Origin: Diplonema japonicum
Lineage: Eukaryota > Protista > Euglenozoa: Diplonemea
Reading direction: 5' to 3'
Length of the DNA: 64,000 bases
NCBI GenBank assembly: GCA_964019335.1
Contig: OZ025739.1
Span: 124,001-188,000, forward strand
This document shows positions 62,156 through 64,000 of this stretch, piece after piece. Position 1 is the first letter of the stretch. Every line of letters starts with the position of its first letter. Under the pieces are notes generated by a model. That model saw only the letters and a list, made by a program, of their open reading frames with translations, did not search any database and was not told the origin of the DNA. The position numbers and the translations under genes were made by a program.

Positions 62156-62515
62156 AAAAAAAAAAAAGTTTTTTTTTTGATTTGTATCTACTTACTGTAT
62201 CTTTCCCTTGAGAAAAAAAAAAAAGAAAAAGAAGTGTGCGTTTTTGAAAAAAAAAAAAGAAGAAAGAAAAGGAAAAAAAAAAAAAAAATGATGCCTTTGC
62301 TGGTCATCCTCGAGGCAATTAGAAGAAAGAAACAAAAAAAAAAAAAAAAAAAAAATATTAGAGAGCGTTAGTGCTTGGTGGCAGTCATTTCCATATTTTT
62401 TTTTTCTTTCTTCTTCCGTTTAGTCAGTTCGATTTTTTTTTCTCTTTTTTTTTTTTTTTTCTGGTTTGCCGGTTTCATAACACACATTAGGAGTTATAAA
62501 AAGACTTAAGAAACT

Positions 62516-63306
62516 ATGTCGAAGATCCAGCCCGTCGTTTTGGCCGATGCCATGAAGGCCATCCTCGACCACGCTGCTGACAAGAAGCGTTCCTTCAACG
62601 AGTCCATCGAGCTCCACGTTAACCTGAAGAACTACGACACCCAGAAGGACAAGCGTTTCTCCGGGTCCATCCCCCTCCCCCACGTTGCCCGTCCCCGTAT
62701 GTCTGTGTGCATCATCGGTGACGCCTACCACTACGAGCAGGCCGCCAGGCACGACATCCCCAAGGTATGATAAATCAAAAGAAAAAAGTGAAAACCCACA
62801 ATCAAAAAACAGATGAACATTGAGGACCTCAAGAAGCTGAACAAGAACAAGAAGCTGGTGAAGAAGATGTGCGCCGGGTTCAACGCGTTCATTGCCAGCG
62901 AGTCCCTCATCAGGACCATCCCCAAGTATGGAAATAGAAAAAAAAAAAAAAAACCAGGGTTGTTGGTCCCCACATGAACCGTGCCGGTAAGTTCCCCACC
63001 GCTGTTGCCCAGGGGGATGACCTCACGGCCAAGGTATGTGTTTTATTTTATTTTTACCACTTTTATTCAATTTTTTTCTTCTTCTTCCTCCAGATCAACG
63101 ACATGCGCTCCACCATCAAGTTCCAGCTGAAGAAGGTTTTGAACCTTGGTATCGTTGTTGGACACGTTGAGATGACCGCTGAGGACCTTAGGCAGAACAT
63201 CCTGAAGTCTATCAACTTCTTGGTGTCCCTCCTCAAGAAGAACTGGCAGAACGTGAAGTCTCTTTACATCAAGTCGACCTTCGGGCCTGGTCAGAGGATC
63301 TACTAA
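62516..63306 (+). CDS. RPL10A: 60S ribosomal protein L10a (uL1); join(62516..62764,62813..62925,62958..63033,63094..63306), 216 aa
   Basis: [51 protein letters not shown]. Confidence 0.97.
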
Positions 63307-63446
63307 GTATTGGGTAGCTTAGCTTTTCCTTCTTTTTAAGCCTTTTTACTGGAAAAAAAAAAATCTTTTTTTTGCGCGCTTCGTGACAACCATCCTTTTT
63401 TTTAAAATATATATATATAAAAGGGACATCAGAAAGCTAAAGAACA

Positions 63447-63872
63447 ATGTCGAAGATCCAGCCCGTCGTTTTGGCCGATGCCATGAAGGCCATCCTCGAC
63501 CACGCTGCTGACAAGAAGCGTTCCTTCAACGAGTCCATCGAGCTCCACGTTAACCTGAAGAACTACGACACCCAGAAGGACAAGCGTTTCTCCGGGTCCA
63601 TCCCCCTCCCCCACGTTGCCCGTCCCCGTATGTCTGTGTGCATCATCGGTGACGCCTACCACTACGAGCAGGCCGCCAGGCACGACATCCCCAAGGTATG
63701 ATAAATCAAGAAAAAAGTGAAAACCCACAATCAAAAAACAGATGAACATTGAGGACCTCAAGAAGCTGAACAAGAACAAGAAGCTGGTGAAGAAGATGTG
63801 CGCCGGGTTCAACGCGTTCATTGCCAGCGAGTCCCTCATCAGGACCATCCCCAAGTATGGAAATAAAAAAAA

Positions 63873-63903
<31 letters not shown>

Positions 63904-64000
63904 CCAGGGTTGTTGGTCCCCACATGAACCGTGCCGGTAAGTTCCCCACCGCTGTTGCCCAGGGGGATGACCTCACGGCCAAGGTATATGTGTTTTATTT
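63447..64000 (+). CDS. RPL10A: 60S ribosomal protein L10a, second tandem copy (3' truncated); exons 63447..63695, 63742..63854, 63908..63983
   Basis: Exons identical by eye to the first copy; same intron positions. Confidence 0.96.

Noticed and set aside
1-64000. tRNA, rRNA, SL RNA, C/D snoRNA genes and non-canonical (non GT-AG) introns
   Set aside because: None recognised by eye; all parsed introns are GT-AG. A covariance-model scan would be needed to exclude small RNAs.

Overview
Eukaryotic genomic DNA, most likely a euglenozoan protist (diplonemid-like). This assignment is inferred from a kinetoplastid-like uL1/RPL10A sequence, UMSBP/CNBP-like zinc-knuckle genes, a bodonin-like multi-pass surface protein, and strict co-directionality combined with cis-introns. 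I can support 29 protein-coding genes, all on the + strand, separated by homopolymer-rich spacers. They include an IQ-repeat protein, four cold-shock-domain proteins with RD/RS tails, a PILS-type transporter, a Puf6/PUM3-like protein, two PLAC8 genes, a USP, an FAD oxidoreductase, a PPEF phosphatase, a stand-alone TrpA, a PIN-domain protein with an MLR-type N-terminus, a cNMP-binding protein, a 4xPX protein and two RPL10A copies. I parsed 27 complete GT-AG introns (26 of them 32-77 nt), mostly GTATG...CAG with poly(A) interiors. Most notable: (1) a four-gene zinc-knuckle array whose 14 introns, plus one relic, all interrupt the same Arg codon of the knuckle, giving symmetric interchangeable exons; (2) every intron lies within about 550 coding nt of the stop codon; (3) a DUF726/TMCO4 hydrolase carrying four actinoporin/aegerolysin-like modules; (4) a decayed pogo-like transposon and a fold-back element with 21-bp phased repeats. 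All calls are by eye, with no database searches.
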